Assembly (NCBI RefSeq): GCF_009909105.1
Contig: NZ_JAAAPK010000002.1
Span: forward strand, 477,827-541,826
DNA length: 64,000 nt
Reading direction: 5' to 3'
Source of the DNA: Corallococcus exiguus
Lineage (GTDB): Bacteria; Myxococcota; Myxococcia; Myxococcales; Myxococcaceae
Below the pieces are notes generated by a model. That model was not told where the DNA came from and made no database searches. It saw nothing but the letters and a program-made list of their open reading frames with translations. The position numbers were made by a program, and so were the translations under genes. Of the stretch, positions 48,163 through 59,778 are shown one piece after another (positions within the stretch are counted from its first letter, which is position 1; each line of letters begins with the position of its first letter).

Positions 48163-49150
48163 CGTCTTCACCCACGTCGTGCGCCGCCGCGTTGAACAGA
48201 CCGAAGCCCCCGGCCTCCTCACTGGAGATGTCCGCCCGGCGCAGGGCAGGGGAGTCCTGTGTCTGTCCCACCGCCATCCACCGGGGAGCGGCCAGCAGCA
48301 CGCCATCCTTCGGCAGCTCCGGCAGCAGGTGCTCCAAATCCCCGAGGATGAACTCCGCGTGCCCCACGTCCGCGGGCTCCGGCAGCCCCACCGGCGGATG
48401 CCACGGCCCTCCGTCCAGGTGCCCGAAGGGGAAGCTCCCCGTGCCGCTCGCGCCCCCGTACCCCCCTTCCAGCAACCGCCGCGTCCGCTCCGCGCCCCCC
48501 GTCACCGCCGGCAGGCACACGCGCGTCAGCCAGTCCCAGGTCGCCGTGCCCTGCTCCACGGGCCAGTCCAGCTCCACCGTGTCATCCGCTTTCGCCAGCA
48601 GCGCATCGATGTACGCACACGCCGCTCGCGGCCCCAGCACGCCGCCTCGGCGCGCCTCCTCCACCGCCGAGGCCCACAGTTCCTCGCGGTAGTAGTGCGC
48701 GAAGTAGAACCCGGGCTCGTCCCACTCCGGACTCGCGCCCCGGGGCAGCTTCGCCAGCACCAGTCCGCTCGATAGGTACGCGGGCCCCGTGGCCCGGGGG
48801 TGGAACTGGCTGAAGGCCAGCCGGAACACCCGCACGGCCAGCCCTGCCTCCTCCGTCGCCTCCAGCCCGTCCGGACACCCCGCGCGCAGGTGGAAGTCGT
48901 CGAAGCGCAGGAACACGTCCACCGCCATGCCCACCGCGTTCTGACACAGCGACTCCAGGCACGCCGCCAGCGGATGCCGAGCGTCCACCGAGGCTTCCAC
49001 CGACGCCTCCCACGCCGCCGCCAACACCGTGCGCGTTCCCGCCTCCACCCGCAGCGACAGCCGCACCCGGCCGCCCTCGAACGGAGCCTCCCCGTGCCGG
49101 ACGTCCTCCCCGTGAAGCGCGCCCCGATGTTCCTGCCCTGGAGTCGTCAT
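48155..49150 (-). CDS. Hypothetical protein (332 aa)
   Basis: Starts MTTPGQEHRG at 49150. The ORF-track portion upstream of this (to 49597) is antisense to the MnmC-like gene and was rejected. Confidence 0.4.
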   Translation of the reverse strand: MTTPGQEHRGALHGEDVRHGEAPFEGGRVRLSLRVEAGTRTVLAAAWEASVEASVDARHPLAACLESLCQNAVGMAVDVFLRFDDFHLRAGCPDGLEATEEAGLAVRVFRLAFSQFHPRATGPAYLSSGLVLAKLPRGASPEWDEPGFYFAHYYREELWASAVEEARRGGVLGPRAACAYIDALLAKADDTVELDWPVEQGTATWDWLTRVCLPAVTGGAERTRRLLEGGYGGASGTGSFPFGHLDGGPWHPPVGLPEPADVGHAEFILGDLEHLLPELPKDGVLLAAPRWMAVGQTQDSPALRRADISSEEAGGFGLFNAAAHDVGEDDD

Positions 49151-49198
49151 GCTAGGCACCCATCCTTTCCCACACATCCCCTCCAGGCCAGGAGCCCC

Positions 49199-50050
49199 AT
49201 GTCCGAGCCCTCCCATCCGCGCGACGGCGACTTCGAGCTCGTCACCCTTCGCAACGGCCACCGCGCCGTGCGCCACCTGGGCCATGGCGAGGTCATGCAC
49301 CCCGCGGTGGGCCCGTGGCAGGAAGCCCTGCGCCTCTACGTCGAACAGCCCGGCCTCGCGGACCGCCTGCGCCAGCCCGGCTCGCCGCTCGTCATCCACG
49401 ACGTGGGCCTGGGCGCCGCCACCAACGCCGTCGCCGCGCTCACCCGCGCCCGCGAACTGGGCCCGGACCGCGCCCGCGACCTGCACATCGTCAGCTTCGA
49501 GGTGGACCTGGCCCCGCTGCGGCTCGCGCTCGCGGACGCGGAGGGCTTCCCCTTCCTCCAGCCTTTCCGCGAAGCCGCTGAAAGCCTCATGAAGCACGGC
49601 GCCTGGAGCGAGCCCGGCATCCAGTGGACCCTCAAGCAGGGGGACGCGGTGCCCTTCCTGGATCCGGACGCGGGGCTGCCCCCGGCGGACCTCGTCTTCT
49701 TCGATCCGTTCTCACCCGCGTCCAACCCGGACATGTGGACCGAAGCCGTCCTCGCCCGGGTGCGCCGGCATTGCCGGGAAGACGGAGAGGGCGCCCTGCT
49801 GATGACCTACAGCGCGGCCACGCCCACCCGCGTCACGCTGCTGCTCGCGGGGTTCTACGTGGGCGCCGGCGTGTCCACCGGCGCCAAGGGGGAGACCACC
49901 GTGGCCTCGACCCGCTACGAAACACTGGCCGCCCCGCTGGGGACCCGGTGGCTGGACCGCTGGGAGCGCTCGTCCTCCCGGGCCCCGCACGGGGGCACCC
50001 TCACGCCTGAGGTCGAGCGTCGCCTCCGGACCCATCCTCAGTGGCGCTGA
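49199..50050 (+). CDS. MnmC-like (DUF752) SAM-dependent tRNA methyltransferase domain protein
   Basis: LVIHDVGLGAATNAV...ADLVFFDPFSPASNPDMWTEAVL...GALLMTYSAATP is the MnmC methyltransferase-domain signature. No oxidase domain. Confidence 0.65.
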   Translation: MSEPSHPRDGDFELVTLRNGHRAVRHLGHGEVMHPAVGPWQEALRLYVEQPGLADRLRQPGSPLVIHDVGLGAATNAVAALTRARELGPDRARDLHIVSFEVDLAPLRLALADAEGFPFLQPFREAAESLMKHGAWSEPGIQWTLKQGDAVPFLDPDAGLPPADLVFFDPFSPASNPDMWTEAVLARVRRHCREDGEGALLMTYSAATPTRVTLLLAGFYVGAGVSTGAKGETTVASTRYETLAAPLGTRWLDRWERSSSRAPHGGTLTPEVERRLRTHPQWR

Positions 50051-50627
50051 GCGCCCCTTCCGCGGAAGCCTCGCTCCAGCGCAGGTGGAACGTCGCCGCC
50101 GTGCCGTCGAACTCCTCCGGCAGCGCCACCACCCGCCCGCCCCCGCACAGCGCCACCGCGCGCGCCAGCAACCCCGCCGCGAACGTCGGCTGATCCGCCA
50201 GCACGTCGTTCATCCAGAGTTCTAGTGACGTCGCGCTGCGCTCCACGATTTTGATTTCACTGAAGTTGTTGCCGGCGCGAAAGCCCAGGTCCGCCCGCAG
50301 CAGCATCCGCCGGGGACCGGCCAGCCGGCCCACGCCCAGGAGCGCACGGCCAAAGAAGGTGCCGAAGTAGGCGTCCATGAAGCGCTCGCCCAGGGAGTAG
50401 TACGCGGCCTCCGCCGGCACGCCGCCGTAGACGTGCCCGGCCGCGATGCGCAGGAACTCCCGCCACTGCTCCAGCGAGTAGGAGCGCTCCAGCTTTTTGT
50501 CGAGGTCCAGCCCCGCCCGCTTCAGGTGCTCGCGGCACGCCGGCGTCAGGCGGTTCTCCAGCGCGCGGACGAAGAGCGCGTCGACGGTCTGGGCGAAGAC
50601 AAGCTTCTCAGGATTCATGGGGAGCAC
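50001..50627 (-). CDS. Hypothetical protein (208 aa), possibly a myxobacteria-restricted paralogous family
   Basis: MLPMNPEKLVFAQTVDALFVRALENRLTP... No motif recognised. Confidence 0.4.
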   Translation of the reverse strand: MLPMNPEKLVFAQTVDALFVRALENRLTPACREHLKRAGLDLDKKLERSYSLEQWREFLRIAAGHVYGGVPAEAAYYSLGERFMDAYFGTFFGRALLGVGRLAGPRRMLLRADLGFRAGNNFSEIKIVERSATSLELWMNDVLADQPTFAAGLLARAVALCGGGRVVALPEEFDGTAATFHLRWSEASAEGALSATEDGSGGDARPQA

Positions 50628-50697
50628 CCTACACGAAGCCCCCCATGCGATGCTCCCCCACCTGTGTACTGACGTTCAGTGTCGCGTCCCCCGAGTG

Positions 50698-51700
50698 TCA
50701 GGAAGCTGGCGCGCGCCGCACCCTTCGTGAAGTCCGGGTGTTTTCAGACCCTACGTCGACGGACCGTGCCACCAATCCGCGGAGCCACTGGTGCGCGGGG
50801 TCGCCGTCGAAGCGCTCGTGCCAGACGTGGAGGATGTCGAAGGGGCGCAAGGGGATGGGCGGGGGGAAGACCTGGAGTTCGTACGCGTCGCGGAACGCGG
50901 CGATGAGGCGGCGGGGCGCGGTGAGGACGTGGTCCGAGCGCGACACCGCCAGCGGCGCGATGAGGAAGTAGGGCACCCGCACGGCGATGCGGCGCGGGGA
51001 CAGGCCGCGCTGGGCCAGGGCCAGGTCCACCGCGCCCACTCCGTCGCCTTTGGGGCTGATGAGGATGTGGGACAGCTTCAGGTAGGTGTCCACGTCCAGC
51101 GTGCGGCGCACGGTGGGGTGGTCCTTGCGCACCACGCAGACGAAGTCCTCGGTGAGGAGCTTCTGCTGGCGCAGGCCCGGCCCGGACGGCACGGGCGCGA
51201 CGATGATGGCCAGGTCCACCTCGCCCGTCTCCAACTGGCCGGCGAAGGTGTTGCTGTCCACGTGCAGCACGGACAGGTCCACGCCGGGAGCCTCGCGGCC
51301 CAGGAGCTCCAGCGCGCCCGGCAGCAGCACCGACCCGAAGAAGTCGCGCGTGGCCACGGTGAAGCGGCGGGTCGCGGTGGCGGGATCGAACGCGGGCTCG
51401 TCGCGCAGGGCACGGCGCAGCTCCGCCAGCCCCCGCTTGAGCGGCGCGGCCAGCTGCTGCGCGCGAGGTGTCAGCACCATGCCGCCCCGGCCGCGGATGA
51501 GCAGCGCGTCGCCCAGCAACTCCCGCAGCTGCGCGAGCGCATGGCTCATCGCGGACTGGGTGAGGCCCACGCGCGCGGCGGCGCGGGTGACATGCGCCTC
51601 CTTCAGCAGCGCGTCCAGCGTCACCATCAGGTTGAGGTTGATGCCGGAGAGGTCGACCTCCGCGGGGGAGGGCGCTGGGGTTTCATGAGCGCGGCGCATG
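50698..51700 (-). CDS. LysR-family transcriptional regulator
   Basis: HTH (LNLMVTLDALLKEAHVTRAAARVGLTQSAMSHALAQLRELLGD) and a LysR substrate-binding domain. Divergent from the NmrA gene. Confidence 0.8.
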
Positions 51701-51781
51701 GGCCCATGCATAGCATGCAGTGGCCTCATGAATGGCGCGGGAGCACTGTTGCGCCATCTCGCTGTCGCTGGAGGCACCCCA

Positions 51782-52674
51782 TGTCCATCGTCATCAACAC
51801 CCCGAACGGCAACATCGGTCGTCCCCTCGTGGAGAAGCTGCTGAAGGCGGGCCGTCAGGTCACCGTCATCTCCCGCACCCCGGAGAAGGTGGCGGACCTG
51901 GTGAAGCTGGGCGCGAAGGTGGTGCAGGGCTCCATCGAAGAGCAGGCCACGCTGGACGCGGCGCTCGTTGGCGCGGAGGCGCTGTTCTGGTTGTCGCCGC
52001 CCGCCATCCGCCCGGACTTCCAGGACTGGGCGAAGGCCAACGGCAAGATGGCCGCGGAGCGCGTGAAGGCGCACGGCGTGAAGCGCGTGGTGCTCCTCTC
52101 CAGCGTCGGCGCGCAGAGCGGTCCGGGCACGGGGCCGGTGTCCGTGCTGAAGCCCATTGAAGAGGCCTTCCAGGCGGCGGCCCCCAACGTCGTCAGCCTG
52201 CGCGCGGGTTTCTTCATGGAGAACCTGCTTCGCGACGTGCAGGGCCTGGCGAAGGCCGGCGCGCTCTTCAGCGCGAGCCCGGAGACGAAGGCCTTCCCCA
52301 TGGTCGCCACCGCGGACATCGCGGCCAAGGCCGCCGAGGTGCTCCTGGACCCGTCGTGGACGGGCCACCGCTATGTGGGCGTCCACGGGCCCAAGGACCT
52401 CACCTATCCGGAGGTCGCCAGCATCCTCACCCAGGTGCTGGGCCAGCCCGTGAAGTACGTGCGGGTGGGACTGGAGGACCTGCGCAACGGCATGACGGGC
52501 GCGGGCATGCCCGCTTTCGCGGCGGACACCTTCGTGGAGATGTACGGCGCCATCCAGGACGGACGCATGGACCCGGCCGAGCCCCGCTCGAAGGAGACCA
52601 CCACGCCCACCACGCTGGCGGAGTTCGCCAGCACCGTGCTCAAGCCGGTGGTGGAGCAGGCTCGCGCGTCGTGA
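51782..52674 (+). CDS. NmrA-family NAD(P)-binding protein
   Basis: MSIVINTPNGNIGRPLVEKLLKAGRQVTVISR is a Rossmann N-terminus with the NmrA-like layout. Confidence 0.7.
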
Positions 52675-52749
52675 CGGCGTCCGCCCGTTCGCTCGCATAA
52701 GGAACAGGATGGGGAAACGTCCGCTGCCCCGTCCCCTTCCTCACAACTG

Positions 52750-55581
52750 GTGCACGATGGGGGCCTGCCGGAGATTGCTCCGGTACGGCCACCCACCGAA
52801 TACGAGCGCACCATGGACGAGCAACGCCCCGCCACGCCCCCGGCCCGGACGGACCCTTCCATCGACCTGCTCCACCAGCGGACCCGTCAGCCGCTGGAGG
52901 TCATCTTCTCCCCCCGCAGCGTCGCGGTGGTGGGGGCGAGCGAGCGCCCCGGCAGCGTGGGCCGCACCGTCCTCTGGAACCTCATCAGCAGCCCGTTCGG
53001 CGGCACCGTCTACCCGGTGAACCCGCAGCGCCCCAACGTGCTCGGCATCAAGGCGTGGCCGTCCCTGCGCGCGCTGCCGGAGCCCGTGGACCTGGCCGTC
53101 ATCGTCACGCCCGCGAAGTCCGTGCCCGCCATCATCCGCGAGTGCGCGGAGGTTGGCGTCAAGGGCGCCATCATCATCTCCGCGGGCTTCAAGGAGACGG
53201 GCCCGGAGGGCGCGAAGCTGGAGCAGGAGGTGCTTCAAATCGCGCAGGCCGCGAACCTGCGCATCATCGGCCCCAATTGCCTGGGCGTGATGCGCCCCAC
53301 GAGTGGCTTCAACGCCACCTTCGCCAAGGGCATGGCCCGCCCCGGCAACGTGGCCTTCATCAGCCAGTCCGGCGCGCTGCTCACCTCCATCCTCGACTGG
53401 AGCCTGCGCGAGGCCGTGGGCTTCAGCGCCTTCGTCTCCGTGGGCTCCATGCTGGACGTGGGCTGGGGAGACCTCATCGACTTCCTCGCGGATGATCCGA
53501 TGACGCGCTCCATCCTGCTGTACATGGAGTCCATCGGCGACGCGCGCGCCTTCCTGTCCGCCGCGCGCGAGGTGGCCCTCACCAAGCCCATCATCGTCAT
53601 CAAGGCCGGCCGCACCGCGCAGGCCGCGCAGGCCGCCGCGTCCCACACCGGCACGCTCGCCGGCAGCGACGAGGTGCTCTCCGCCGCCTTCCGCCGCGCG
53701 GGCGTGCTGCGCGTGGACTCCATCGAGGACCTGTTCCACATGGCGGAGGTGCTGGCCCGCCAGCCCCGGCCCTCCGGCCGCAGGCTCACGCTGCTGACCA
53801 ACGCGGGCGGCCCCGCGGTGCTCGCCACGGACGCGCTCGTGTCCGGTGGCGGCGAACTGGCCGTGCTGTCCGACGACACCAAGAAGCAGCTGGACGGCTT
53901 CCTGCCGCCGCCCTGGAGCCACGCCAACCCGGTGGACATCCTGGGAGACGCGGACGCGGAGCGCTACGCGAAGGCGCTGGAGACCACCGGCGCGGACCCC
54001 AACAGCGACGGCCTGCTCGTCATCCTCACGCCGCAGGACATGACGGAGCCCACCAAGACGGCGGACCGACTCAAGGGCTACGCGAAGCTGCCCGGCAAGC
54101 CCGTGCTCGCCAGCTGGATGGGCGGTTCGGAAGTCGCCGCCGGTGAGCGCATCCTCAACGACGCGGGCATCCCGACCTTCGGCTACCCGGACACCGCGGC
54201 CCGCGTCTTCAACTACATGTGGCGCTACGCGGACAACATCGCCGGGCTCTATGAGACGCCCACGCTGGCGGAGGAGCCCACCGGTGGAGCCCGCGACGTG
54301 GCGCGCGCCCTGGTGGACGAGGCCCGCGCCTCCGGCCGCACCCTCCTGTCCGAATACGAATCCAAGCGCCTGCTGGCCGCCTACGGCATCCCCACCGTGG
54401 AGACGTGGCTCGCCACGTCCGAGGACGAGGCGGTGGAGAAGGCCCGCGCGCTGGGCTTCCCCGTGGTGCTCAAGCTGAACTCGCTCACGGTGACGCACAA
54501 GACGGACGTGGGCGGCGTGCGGTTGGACCTGCGCGACGAGGCGCAGGTGCGGGAGGCCTACCGCGCCATCCGCGACGCGCTCGCGGAGCGGGGCCTCCAG
54601 GACGCGTTCCAGGGCGTCACCGTGCAGCCCATGGCGAAGCTGGACGGCTACGAGCTGATTCTGGGCAGCAGCCTGGACGCGCAGTTCGGGCCGGTGCTGC
54701 TCTTCGGCGCGGGCGGCACGCTGGTGGAGGTGATGCAGGACCGCGCCCTGGGCCTGCCGCCCCTCACCACCACGCTGGCGCGACGGATGATGGAGCGCAC
54801 GCGCATCCACCACGCGCTCAAGGGCGTGCGCGGCCGGGCCCCCGTGGACATGGGCGCGCTGGAGCGGCTGATGGTGCGCTTCAGCCAGCTGGTGGTGGAG
54901 CAGCCGCTCATCCGCGAGCTGGACATCAACCCGCTGCTCGTCTCTGGCGAGCGCATCATCGCGCTGGACGCGCGCGTGGTGCTGCACCCGCCAGAGGTCC
55001 CGGCCGCGGCGCTGCCGAAGCTCGCCATCGAACCGTACCCGCACCAGTACGCGAAGCTGCTCACGCTGAAGAACGGCGAGCAGCTCCTGGTGCGCCCCAT
55101 CCGCCCGGAGGACGAGCCCGCCATGGGCCGCTTCCACCAGGCGCTCTCCGAGCAGACCGTGTTCATGCGCTACGCGGGCCTGATGAAGCTCAGCCAGCGC
55201 GTGGCCCATGAGCGCCTGGCGCGCATCTGCTTCAACGACTACGCGCGCGAGATGGCGCTCGTCGCCGAGCGGCCGTCGCCGGACGGGAAGGGCGGGGGAG
55301 AGATCCTCGCGGTGGGCCGGCTCACGCGCCTGCGCGGCACGAAGGACGCGGAGTTCGCCATCACCGTCAGCGACCCCGCGCAGCGGCTGGGCCTGGGCAC
55401 GGAGCTGTTGCGGCGGCTGGTGGAGATTGGAAGGGACTGGGGCCTGCGCCGCATCGTCGCGGACATCCTCACACGCAACCGCGGCATGCAGGCCGTCAGC
55501 AAGAAGCTGGGGTTCACCCTCGTGGAACACGAGGAGTTGGCCCCGGACATGGTGAAGGCCGTGAAGGTGCTCAACGGCTGA
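52750..55581 (+). CDS. Bifunctional NDP-forming acyl-CoA synthetase / GNAT protein acetyltransferase (Pat/YfiQ-like)
   Basis: CoA-binding Rossmann (SVAVVGAS), succinyl-CoA synthetase-like alpha/beta and ATP-grasp domains, and a C-terminal GNAT domain ([25 protein letters not shown]). Confidence 0.75.
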   Translation: MHDGGLPEIAPVRPPTEYERTMDEQRPATPPARTDPSIDLLHQRTRQPLEVIFSPRSVAVVGASERPGSVGRTVLWNLISSPFGGTVYPVNPQRPNVLGIKAWPSLRALPEPVDLAVIVTPAKSVPAIIRECAEVGVKGAIIISAGFKETGPEGAKLEQEVLQIAQAANLRIIGPNCLGVMRPTSGFNATFAKGMARPGNVAFISQSGALLTSILDWSLREAVGFSAFVSVGSMLDVGWGDLIDFLADDPMTRSILLYMESIGDARAFLSAAREVALTKPIIVIKAGRTAQAAQAAASHTGTLAGSDEVLSAAFRRAGVLRVDSIEDLFHMAEVLARQPRPSGRRLTLLTNAGGPAVLATDALVSGGGELAVLSDDTKKQLDGFLPPPWSHANPVDILGDADAERYAKALETTGADPNSDGLLVILTPQDMTEPTKTADRLKGYAKLPGKPVLASWMGGSEVAAGERILNDAGIPTFGYPDTAARVFNYMWRYADNIAGLYETPTLAEEPTGGARDVARALVDEARASGRTLLSEYESKRLLAAYGIPTVETWLATSEDEAVEKARALGFPVVLKLNSLTVTHKTDVGGVRLDLRDEAQVREAYRAIRDALAERGLQDAFQGVTVQPMAKLDGYELILGSSLDAQFGPVLLFGAGGTLVEVMQDRALGLPPLTTTLARRMMERTRIHHALKGVRGRAPVDMGALERLMVRFSQLVVEQPLIRELDINPLLVSGERIIALDARVVLHPPEVPAAALPKLAIEPYPHQYAKLLTLKNGEQLLVRPIRPEDEPAMGRFHQALSEQTVFMRYAGLMKLSQRVAHERLARICFNDYAREMALVAERPSPDGKGGGEILAVGRLTRLRGTKDAEFAITVSDPAQRLGLGTELLRRLVEIGRDWGLRRIVADILTRNRGMQAVSKKLGFTLVEHEELAPDMVKAVKVLNG

Positions 55582-55611
55582 CCGTGCCCGGGGCTCCCCG
55601 GTGCTACGGAA

Positions 55612-56427
55612 CTACACGTCGTCGCAGGGCGTGCCCAGCCGCGCGCCCGTGTAGACGCCCAGCTCGTTGTAGATGAAGGGCAGGTTCTCACCCACCGGCA
55701 CCGCGCGCAGCTTCTGGCGCTTGCTCTTCACCACCCAGAACGACGGCTCCTCGCGGTCCACCACGAGGCGCAGGTCGCCGCCCTGCGTGGAGAAGATTTC
55801 TCCCTGCGAGTCGGTGACGACGTTGAGCATCTTCTGCTGCTTCACCTGGCCACGCTGGCCCGTGAAGATGCGGAAGCTCTTGTTGTCCGCGCCGATGCCG
55901 CGCTCGACCAGGTAGTACACACCCTTGTCGTCGCGCAGCAGCGCGTACGGCTGGAACTTCACCGGGCTGGGCTGGTACGTGGCCTTGCGCAAGAGCTCCT
56001 TGGCCTCTTCCGCCGGCACCGGCTGCTGCGGCAGGTTCTTCTCCCCGCAGCGCAGCGCGCACGTCTTGAAGTCCTCGCTCAGCTTCACGTCGGAGACGAC
56101 GCGGTAGTCCGTGCCGCGGAAGTTGTCGTTGGCCTTGGGGTTGAAGAAGCGGGGCTCGAAGAAGGCGCCGTCCGTGGCGGAGGTGTAGCCCACGGGCACC
56201 ACCTGCGTGAACGTCTTGCCGTCCCCGTAGAACAGGTCGCCCTCGTGCTCGGGCGTCTGGGGGATGAGGACCGTGTAGTGGCCCTTGCCGTCCGCGCAGA
56301 CCTTCGCGGACTCCAGCACCATGCGGTCGCGCAGCTTCTGCTCCTGCTTCCAGGGCGGATCCAGCGCGAGCGCGGCTTGCGGGGCCAGGACGAGCCCCAG
56401 GGCGATGACCATGCGTCGAAGCGTCAT
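55612..56427 (-). CDS. Secreted hypothetical protein
   Basis: Signal peptide MTLRRMVIALGLVLAPQAALA. Confidence 0.45.
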   Translation of the reverse strand: MTLRRMVIALGLVLAPQAALALDPPWKQEQKLRDRMVLESAKVCADGKGHYTVLIPQTPEHEGDLFYGDGKTFTQVVPVGYTSATDGAFFEPRFFNPKANDNFRGTDYRVVSDVKLSEDFKTCALRCGEKNLPQQPVPAEEAKELLRKATYQPSPVKFQPYALLRDDKGVYYLVERGIGADNKSFRIFTGQRGQVKQQKMLNVVTDSQGEIFSTQGGDLRLVVDREEPSFWVVKSKRQKLRAVPVGENLPFIYNELGVYTGARLGTPCDDV

Positions 56428-56445
56428 TGTCGGTGGGCTTTCGTT

Positions 56446-57282
56446 CTAGAGGTTGTCGGTGAAGAAGGTGGTGGTCTCGTCCGACTGGACCGTCCGATCC
56501 GCGGTCACGGACCAGATGACCTTCTGGGCTTCCATCTTCAGCGCGGCCTTGGCGTCGTCCAAGCGGCACTCCACCGCCTGGAGCTTCTGCTGGACGGCGC
56601 GCTTGGCCTCGTCGGAGCGCTCGCACAGCTTCTGGAGCGACTCCATCGGGCCCACGCAGTAGCTGCCAAAGGACATCTTGTTGATCTGCGCGTCCGTGAT
56701 GGAGTCCCAGGCCACGGTGGACGTCAGCTTCGAGCCGCACGCCTTGTTCGTCGCCGCAATGGCCTCGGACAGCTGCGTCTCCGCCTGGCTCGTCCAGAAC
56801 TTGCGGTCGAACGCGAGCAGGCCCTGGTACTTCTTCTCGCCTTCCAGGTCCTGGTAGCGCTCGAAGACCTTCTCCACCTTCAGCGCGCCCGTCTTGCCCG
56901 TGTCCGGCTTCAGGTGCGTGTAGCCCGTGTGGTTCACGCCGCTGAAGACCAGGTCCTCGTAGCCGCCCCGATCATGCACGGTGACGAAGCGCTGCTTGTG
57001 GCCGCGCCACATCGTCCAGTACTCCACGGCGCGCCGCTGCTGCGTGTCCACCCCCGCGACCAGCACCTGGCCGTCCAGCTCGCTCTTGGTGCCTTCGAAC
57101 GCGACCAGCGCCTTCTTCGCGTCACCGGGCTCCAGCGCGATGAGGGTGATCTTCTCGCCGGCCTCGTTGGTATACACCTTGCCGGTGGTGGGCTTCGTCC
57201 CCGCCACCTCGCTGTCGGGCCGCACGCCCCGGGAACATCCCAGGGACAGCGCCACGACCCCCACTGCCAGTAGCACTCTCAC
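56446..57282 (-). CDS. Lipoprotein of unknown function
   Basis: MRVLLAVGVVALSLGCS lipobox. Confidence 0.5.
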   Translation of the reverse strand: MRVLLAVGVVALSLGCSRGVRPDSEVAGTKPTTGKVYTNEAGEKITLIALEPGDAKKALVAFEGTKSELDGQVLVAGVDTQQRRAVEYWTMWRGHKQRFVTVHDRGGYEDLVFSGVNHTGYTHLKPDTGKTGALKVEKVFERYQDLEGEKKYQGLLAFDRKFWTSQAETQLSEAIAATNKACGSKLTSTVAWDSITDAQINKMSFGSYCVGPMESLQKLCERSDEAKRAVQQKLQAVECRLDDAKAALKMEAQKVIWSVTADRTVQSDETTTFFTDNL

Positions 57283-57342
57283 GACGACTCCTTGGATTGC
57301 GGGCGCGCCCCCGCTCTGGAGTTTCCGCGCGCCCGGACGACC

Positions 57343-58992
57343 CTACAGGTCGATATCGTACTGCGAACAGTATTGTCGGACCCTTGGACGTTCCGTTGCC
57401 GGTACGCGGGTCCAATTTGCCCGCGAGTTCGCCAGGTCGTGTTGCTGGCAGTACACGCGGGTGAGCAGCGAGAACGACAGGCCGGTGATCTTCGTGCGCT
57501 GGCTGCGCCGGATGTGACGCAGCGCTTCCGCCGTGTTCGAAGCGTCCAGTGCCTTCTGCGCCGCCGCCAGATCCTCGCGCACGCTGTCCGGCATGGACTC
57601 GGGGGCGACGCGAGGCTTCGGCTTTGCGTTCACCGTGGGCTGCGTGGAGTTCTCCGGTTCCGTCGGCTGGGGCTCCGGATCCACGGGCTTGTTCACGTCC
57701 TCCGGCGGCGCCACGACCACGGCGGGCGGGGTGACGGGCTCCGTGGGCTGGGGCTGCGGCTGGACTGGGGTCGACGGGGGATTCACCACCCCGACGGCGG
57801 GCGCCGTCACGCCCGGACGCTTCCAGAAGAAGGCGACGGCGAACGCGATGATGACCGCCATCCCCACGGCCACGGCCACCGGCCACTTCGCGCGAGCGGG
57901 GGCCAGCGGCTGGGCGGCCAGGGACTCCGTCCGAGGTCCCGCGGAAGGGGCGGGGGATGACGTGTCGTGGCCGGCGTGGGGACGCATGCCCACCGTGGGG
58001 ATGTGCTCCTCGCGGTCCGGCGGACGCGGCACCGACGGCGGGGCCGTGGGATTGGCGGGACGCGAGCGCTGCTCCGGCTTCACTTCCGCGAGCGTCTGGA
58101 GCGGGCTGCCCGTCAGGTCCAGGATGAACGAGCCCACGTCCGGGTAGCGGTCGTCTGGCTTCTTCGCCATCGCGCGGGAGATGGCCGTCACCACGTGCGG
58201 CGGCGTCTCGGGCGCAAGCGTCAGGAGCGGCGGGGGCTCCAGGTGGACGATCTGGTAGATGAGCTCCGCGACGTTGTCGCCGGAGTAGGGCGGCCGGCCC
58301 GCGATCATCTCGTAGACGATGCAGCCGAACGCGAAGAGGTCCGTGCGCGCGTCCACGTTGCTGTTGTGGCCCATGGCCTGCTCAGGGGCCATGTACTGCG
58401 GCGTCCCCATCAGCACGGAGTCGAGCGTCATCAGCGTGCGCGAGTCCACGAGCTTGGAGATGCCGAAGTCGAGCAGCTTCACGCGCTCGCCCACGACGCC
58501 GCCCGCTTCCGTGGGCACGAGGAACACGTTGCCCGGCTTCAGGTCGCGGTGCACCACACCCGCGCGGTGCGCCGCCTGCAACGCCGCGCCCATCTGCCGC
58601 GTGATGGAGAAGACCTCCTCCAGCGGCAGCTTCTTCTGCTTGCGAAGCCGGCGCGACAGGCCTTCACCGCGCAGGTACTCCATCACCATGAAGGGCGTGC
58701 CGTCCTCCAGGGTGTCGAAGTCCAGCACCTCCACGATGTTCGGGTGCCCCAGCCGGGAGGCGATCTCCGCCTCGCGCCGGAAGCGCAGCGCCACCTCTTC
58801 CGACACCTCCTCCGCGCCGTGCAGCACCTTGATGGCGACCTGCTTGCCCGGCAGGCGCAGGTGGCGCGCGAGGAACACCGCGCCCATGCCACCCTTGCCC
58901 AGCACGGTGCCAATCTCATACGTGGAGCGCAGGACCCGTCCCGTGGTCAACGGCTCGCTCTGCGCGGAGGTCGGTTCGGTTGGCTTTTGCAT
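57343..58992 (-). CDS. Ser/Thr protein kinase with TM helix and Pro-rich extracytoplasmic C-terminal region
   Basis: GKGGMGAVF...VAIKVL...HRDLKPGNVFL...DFG...APE is a fully canonical active kinase. It has a TM segment (VAVAVGMAVIIAFAVAFFW). Confidence 0.9.
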   Translation of the reverse strand: MQKPTEPTSAQSEPLTTGRVLRSTYEIGTVLGKGGMGAVFLARHLRLPGKQVAIKVLHGAEEVSEEVALRFRREAEIASRLGHPNIVEVLDFDTLEDGTPFMVMEYLRGEGLSRRLRKQKKLPLEEVFSITRQMGAALQAAHRAGVVHRDLKPGNVFLVPTEAGGVVGERVKLLDFGISKLVDSRTLMTLDSVLMGTPQYMAPEQAMGHNSNVDARTDLFAFGCIVYEMIAGRPPYSGDNVAELIYQIVHLEPPPLLTLAPETPPHVVTAISRAMAKKPDDRYPDVGSFILDLTGSPLQTLAEVKPEQRSRPANPTAPPSVPRPPDREEHIPTVGMRPHAGHDTSSPAPSAGPRTESLAAQPLAPARAKWPVAVAVGMAVIIAFAVAFFWKRPGVTAPAVGVVNPPSTPVQPQPQPTEPVTPPAVVVAPPEDVNKPVDPEPQPTEPENSTQPTVNAKPKPRVAPESMPDSVREDLAAAQKALDASNTAEALRHIRRSQRTKITGLSFSLLTRVYCQQHDLANSRANWTRVPATERPRVRQYCSQYDIDL

Positions 58993-59139
58993 CGGCGGTC
59001 CAAATTCCTACTAAACCGGTCCGACACGATTGGAAAGCACCTGGGTCGAATCCTCCCCCACGGGTCGTGTGAATGCACTCGGGCTCTCAGGATCTGAGAG
59101 CCCGAGCTGTATTTTTATCCGGAGACGGAAACGCTCCGG

Positions 59140-59778
59140 CTACGGCGTGGCGGGTGGCATCACCAGGTTCGACTGGATGGTCGCCGCGGAGTTGATGTGC
59201 ATCTGCACGCCCTGCCGCTCGGTGGTCGCCTCCTGCTTCAGGGCCGGGTTGACGATCTGGGGCGACAGCAGGCTGTCGGCGAGGAAGGCGACTCTCGCGT
59301 GTGCGTCGAGCTGCGCGCTGATCAGCGCCAGGTCGCGCGCGGCGCCCGCGGGCGGTGCGTTCGGACCGGCGAGGATCTGCATCAGCTCCTGGACGTCCGT
59401 CTGCAGTTGGAGGCTCAGCGTGGTGTCCTCGGGCGTGATGCCCTGGGCCGCGAGCAGCGCGTCCAGCCGTTGTTTCACGGCGGTGTGCTCGGTCACCATC
59501 TGGTTGTTGAAGTCGATCACGGCCTGCTCGGTGGCGAGCGGCGCGGCGTACTGGCCCAGCATCACCTCGCCCTCGTTGGCGACCTGCAGGACGCGGGCGA
59601 TCTGCGCGTCGGTGAGCGTCAGCAGCACGCCCGCGTCGGTGCCCGCGTCCGGGTACTGCTGCTGCGGTGCGTCCTGCGGCGTCGGATCCTTGTTCGCCTC
59701 GCTTCCGCAGCCGTAGCCCAGCGCCAGCGCGCCCGCCAGCAGTGTCCCCATCCAGAATTTCGCTGTCCGCATGTCCAA
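59140..59778 (-). CDS. DUF4142-family lipoprotein
   Basis: Lipobox (LALGYGCG) and the DUF4142-like helical pattern (LTDAQIARVLQVANEGEV...). Confidence 0.5.
   Translation of the reverse strand: MDMRTAKFWMGTLLAGALALGYGCGSEANKDPTPQDAPQQQYPDAGTDAGVLLTLTDAQIARVLQVANEGEVMLGQYAAPLATEQAVIDFNNQMVTEHTAVKQRLDALLAAQGITPEDTTLSLQLQTDVQELMQILAGPNAPPAGAARDLALISAQLDAHARVAFLADSLLSPQIVNPALKQEATTERQGVQMHINSAATIQSNLVMPPATP

Noticed and set aside
48800-49198. Upstream extension of the MnmC-like ORF, and 49151-49597 extension of the minus-strand ORF
   Set aside because: The two extensions overlap each other in antisense. Both are low-complexity, and plausible starts (49199 + and 49150 -) leave a 48-bp divergent intergenic gap.
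52741-55530. 929-aa minus-strand ORF
   Set aside because: Antisense to the Pat-like acyl-CoA synthetase/GNAT gene, which has clear motifs. The antisense translation is low complexity.
57292-57960. 222-aa plus-strand ORF
   Set aside because: Antisense to the 3' end of the STPK gene and the start of the lipoprotein gene. Arg/Gly-rich translation.
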